The translations under genes and the position numbers were made by a program. The notes beneath the pieces are model-generated. The model ran no database searches and was not told the origin of the DNA. It saw only the letters and a list, made by a program, of their open reading frames with translations. DNA of 63,533 bases, counting the filler, from Octopus bimaculoides (taxonomy: Eukaryota): the NCBI RefSeq assembly GCF_001194135.2. It is 3 parts of 3 records of this genome, joined end to end, with 100 filler letters (N's around TTAATTAATTAA, not from the genome) between each part and the next. Parts side by side here need not be neighbours in the genome. Positions count along the whole stretch, not along the records: positions 58,048 to 63,533 come from NC_068993.1; 2 more parts are not named here. The stretch is one strand, 5' to 3'. This document shows positions 60,655-63,533 of the stretch, in pieces (the stretch's first letter is position 1; each line of letters opens with the position of its first letter).

Positions 60655-62295
60655 GAAATGTTTAGGTATGTGTTTTATGTGTAGATGCACACACTTCCTG
60701 TATTCCTTCCCCGAAGAAATATGCTCACGCAGGTATATCTAAGTGTACGAGTATCTAAATATACTGATATGTATACGCACACACACGCACAGACACACAC
60801 CCACACGCGAGTGTTTGTGCGTGTGTGAGGATGCATATACATGTACATATATTTTATGAACAGTTAAAATATAAAAATTCTAAAAATATATATAATATTT
60901 TTCTTTATATGTTATCTATATTTCTTATAAGTCTCTTAGTGCTTACTAAGTGTTTGGCTTCTGCAGTCGCCTTGAAGGACACTATATATATGTATATATA
61001 TATATATATNNNNNNNNNNNNNNNNNNNNNNNNNNNNNNNNNNNNNNNNNNNNNNNNNNNNNNNNNNNNNNNNNNNNNNNNNNNNNNNNNNNNNNNNNNN
61101 NNNNNNNNNNNNNNNNNNNNNNNNNNNNNNNNNNNNNNNNNNNNNNNNNNNNNNNNNNNNNNNNNNNNNNNNNNNNNNNNNNNNNNNNNNNNNNNNNNNN
61201 NNNNNNNNNNNNNNNNNNNNNNNNNNNNNNNNNNNNNNNNNNNNNNNNNNNNNNNNNNNNNNNNNNNNNNNNNNNNNNNNNNNNNNNNNNNNNNNNNNNN
61301 NNNNNNNNNNNNNNNNNNNNNNNNNNNNNNNNNNNNNNNNNNNNNNNNNNNNNNNNNNNNNNNNNNNNNNNNNNNNNNNNNNNNNNNNNNNNNNNNNNNN
61401 NNNNNNNNNNNNNNNNNNNNNNNNNNNNNNNNNNNNNNNNNNNNNNNNNNNNNNNNNNNNNNNNNNNNNNNNNNNNNNNNNNNNNNNNNNNNNNNNNNNN
61501 NNNNNNNNNNNNNNNNNNNNNNNNNNNNNNNNNNNNNNNNNNNNNNNNNNNNNNNNNNNNNNNNNATATATATATATATATATATATATATACGTATAAA
61601 TGTGTGTATGTATATAACCTTGGTTATTTATTTTCTGTAACGTTTGCATATATACCTTCTGGCAAGGATTAGGATTAGGATTTAATCTCCCAAACTGTTG
61701 TTTTCTACAACTCATCATAAATGAACTATGTTTCAAAATGTTTTCATATATATATATTTGTTTCTTCGTTTCTTTTCAGAATGGTTTTGCTTTTTAAGAA
61801 CACTGCCGTTGAAAAAGTAGTGGTCTTCAGCATACGTATACCATCTTTCCTATGTACATCGTATGACTTTCGATGAATATTTGACATTGAAATCACTGCC
61901 AAGGACCTTAGACATGTCTGAGTATAAGAATCGTTTCAGTTACCTCTCATGGACAGATTTCAGATCATTTACCTCATGCGTATTGCTGGTTCTTTAACTG
62001 GTTGTACCATCTCTTCTACTTTATTTCATAATCACGACGCACAGTGGTCGGTGTATTCTCACCCATAAAGACATACATAAATATATGCATGTATAAATAT
62101 GTCCATACATGTAGACATTCACACACATATTTACCCATCTATCTATCTATATGTCTATCTATGTGTTATATATCTGCCTATCTACATGCCAGCATACATA
62201 CGCGCACCCACAATCGCACACACACATACCTATGTGAATATATATGTAAATATATATATATATATACATAATTATATATATATATATATGTGTGT

Positions 62296-62344
<49 letters not shown>

Positions 62345-62640
62345 TATACGAGTGAGGAGATAAACGAAAGGAGGGCACTCTAAAAACTGATTAGGAGTTG
62401 TATGGATGAAAGCAGTTTGATTTAAATTCACTGGTACTCCAAGTTTCAAGAGTGATGCTAATCTTCAACCATTTCGAATTCGAATTTCAAATTAAAGATT
62501 GTTGAAGACTAACACCACACTTGAAATTCGAAGTACCAGTGAATTTGAATCAAACTGTTTTGATACATATGTGTGCGTTTATTTGTGTGTGTGGGTGTGT
62601 GTGTCTGTGTCTTTGTCTGTGTCTGTGTGTTCTTTGACAG

Positions 62641-62699
62641 GTTATGAAGAAGGTGTATTTGATGCAAACGAAATCGCAGATATTACACCTGAGTTATAA
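62641..62699 (+). CDS. Candidate terminal exon (GYEEGVFDANEIADITPEL*)
   Basis: Long TG/pyrimidine tract ending TTCTTTGACAG; phase-1 reading is protein-like; no partner exon identified. Confidence 0.3.
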
Positions 62700-63344
62700 T
62701 ATTAGACAGATGGCAAGTCACACAATACCAGTGACTGCATCATGCATCTCAGTACAACTTGACACACGGTGGAAACGCCGGCGACTAAACCAGCAAACCT
62801 ACGAAGCCTACTTCATAGGGAGTGTGGTTTTTGTTTAACACTCTACAAGATGTTAAACAGAGCCTGTCAAGATACAGAGAGTCGATGCAAGAGTTGTGTG
62901 CCATAGACCCCTTGTCTTTCTTTAAACATACATACATATCTACATAAATGTCTGTGTGTGCTTCCCGCAGTCAATATACCTATCTATCTTCCGACCCCCC
63001 TATTCAAAGTTTATCTACATTTCTGTCTCTCTAATTTGGTCTTATTCTCCACTCAAAATGTTGTCCTTTTATATATGATAATGATACGCCTACCCTATTT
63101 CAGAATAAAATCCAATATGGTAACTTTCTTCAGCTTCCCCTCTATTAAATTCATACGGAAGGCATTATTTCACGCATATCGTACACAGACACTTGCCCGA
63201 AATACACACAGTAGAAATAAATCAGACACTACGTAATTGCAAAAGGAACTTGTTAACCACACAGCCATACTTGCGCTTATCGACAAAATTTGATATCAAC
63301 AAAAGGGAGATTCAGTGAGGACCCCGTCAGTTAATAATAACTGT

Positions 63345-63480
63345 GTAGGGACGTGTGGCTAAGAGTTTAGGGTGTTGGATTTATTCTCATAAGAATACGG
63401 TTTCGATTTCGAAACCCAGTGATGCAAAACAATTCATTTTATGCTTTTCCAGTCAACTCATGATAAGTATTACTGCGATG
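63345..63480 (+). mobile_element. Decayed tRNA-derived SINE (family D-like)
   Basis: GGGACGTGTGGCTAAGAGTTTAGGGTGTTGG..GGTTTCGATTTC..CCAGTCAACTCA. Confidence 0.5.
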
Positions 63481-63502
63481 GACCATCGTCGCATCTAGTG
63501 AC

Positions 63503-63533
<31 letters not shown>

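Overview
AT-rich, microsatellite-saturated, gapped eukaryotic DNA. The SINE families, TTAGGG repeats and overall texture suggest an octopus/coleoid genome; this is pattern recognition, not a database search. Two identical 100-nt spacers (44N-TTAATTAATTAA-44N at 29691-29790 and 57948-58047) are artificial six-frame-stop linkers, so the window is probably three unrelated scaffolds. No intact protein-coding gene can be shown, and most long ORFs in the track are artefacts of N-runs or simple repeats. Supported content: many tRNA-derived SINEs; decayed DNA transposons (two mariners, one with a U-turn rearrangement; a TIR-complete Tc1; a maT/DD37D element split by a hAT insertion with an 8-bp TSD); several MITEs (one carrying TTAGGG repeats); an internally deleted Helitron; an R4/Dong-like remnant; and a few candidate host exons. 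The most interesting region is 40986-46520, a cluster of Penelope-like retroelements (Naiad-like and Neptune-like RT/GIY-YIG fragments). It contains two fold-back terminal-repeat structures and five minimal hammerhead-ribozyme motifs, and short oligomers (6 x 11 nt; 5 x 22 nt) are reiterated at the inversion junctions, which resembles telomerase-like repeat addition.
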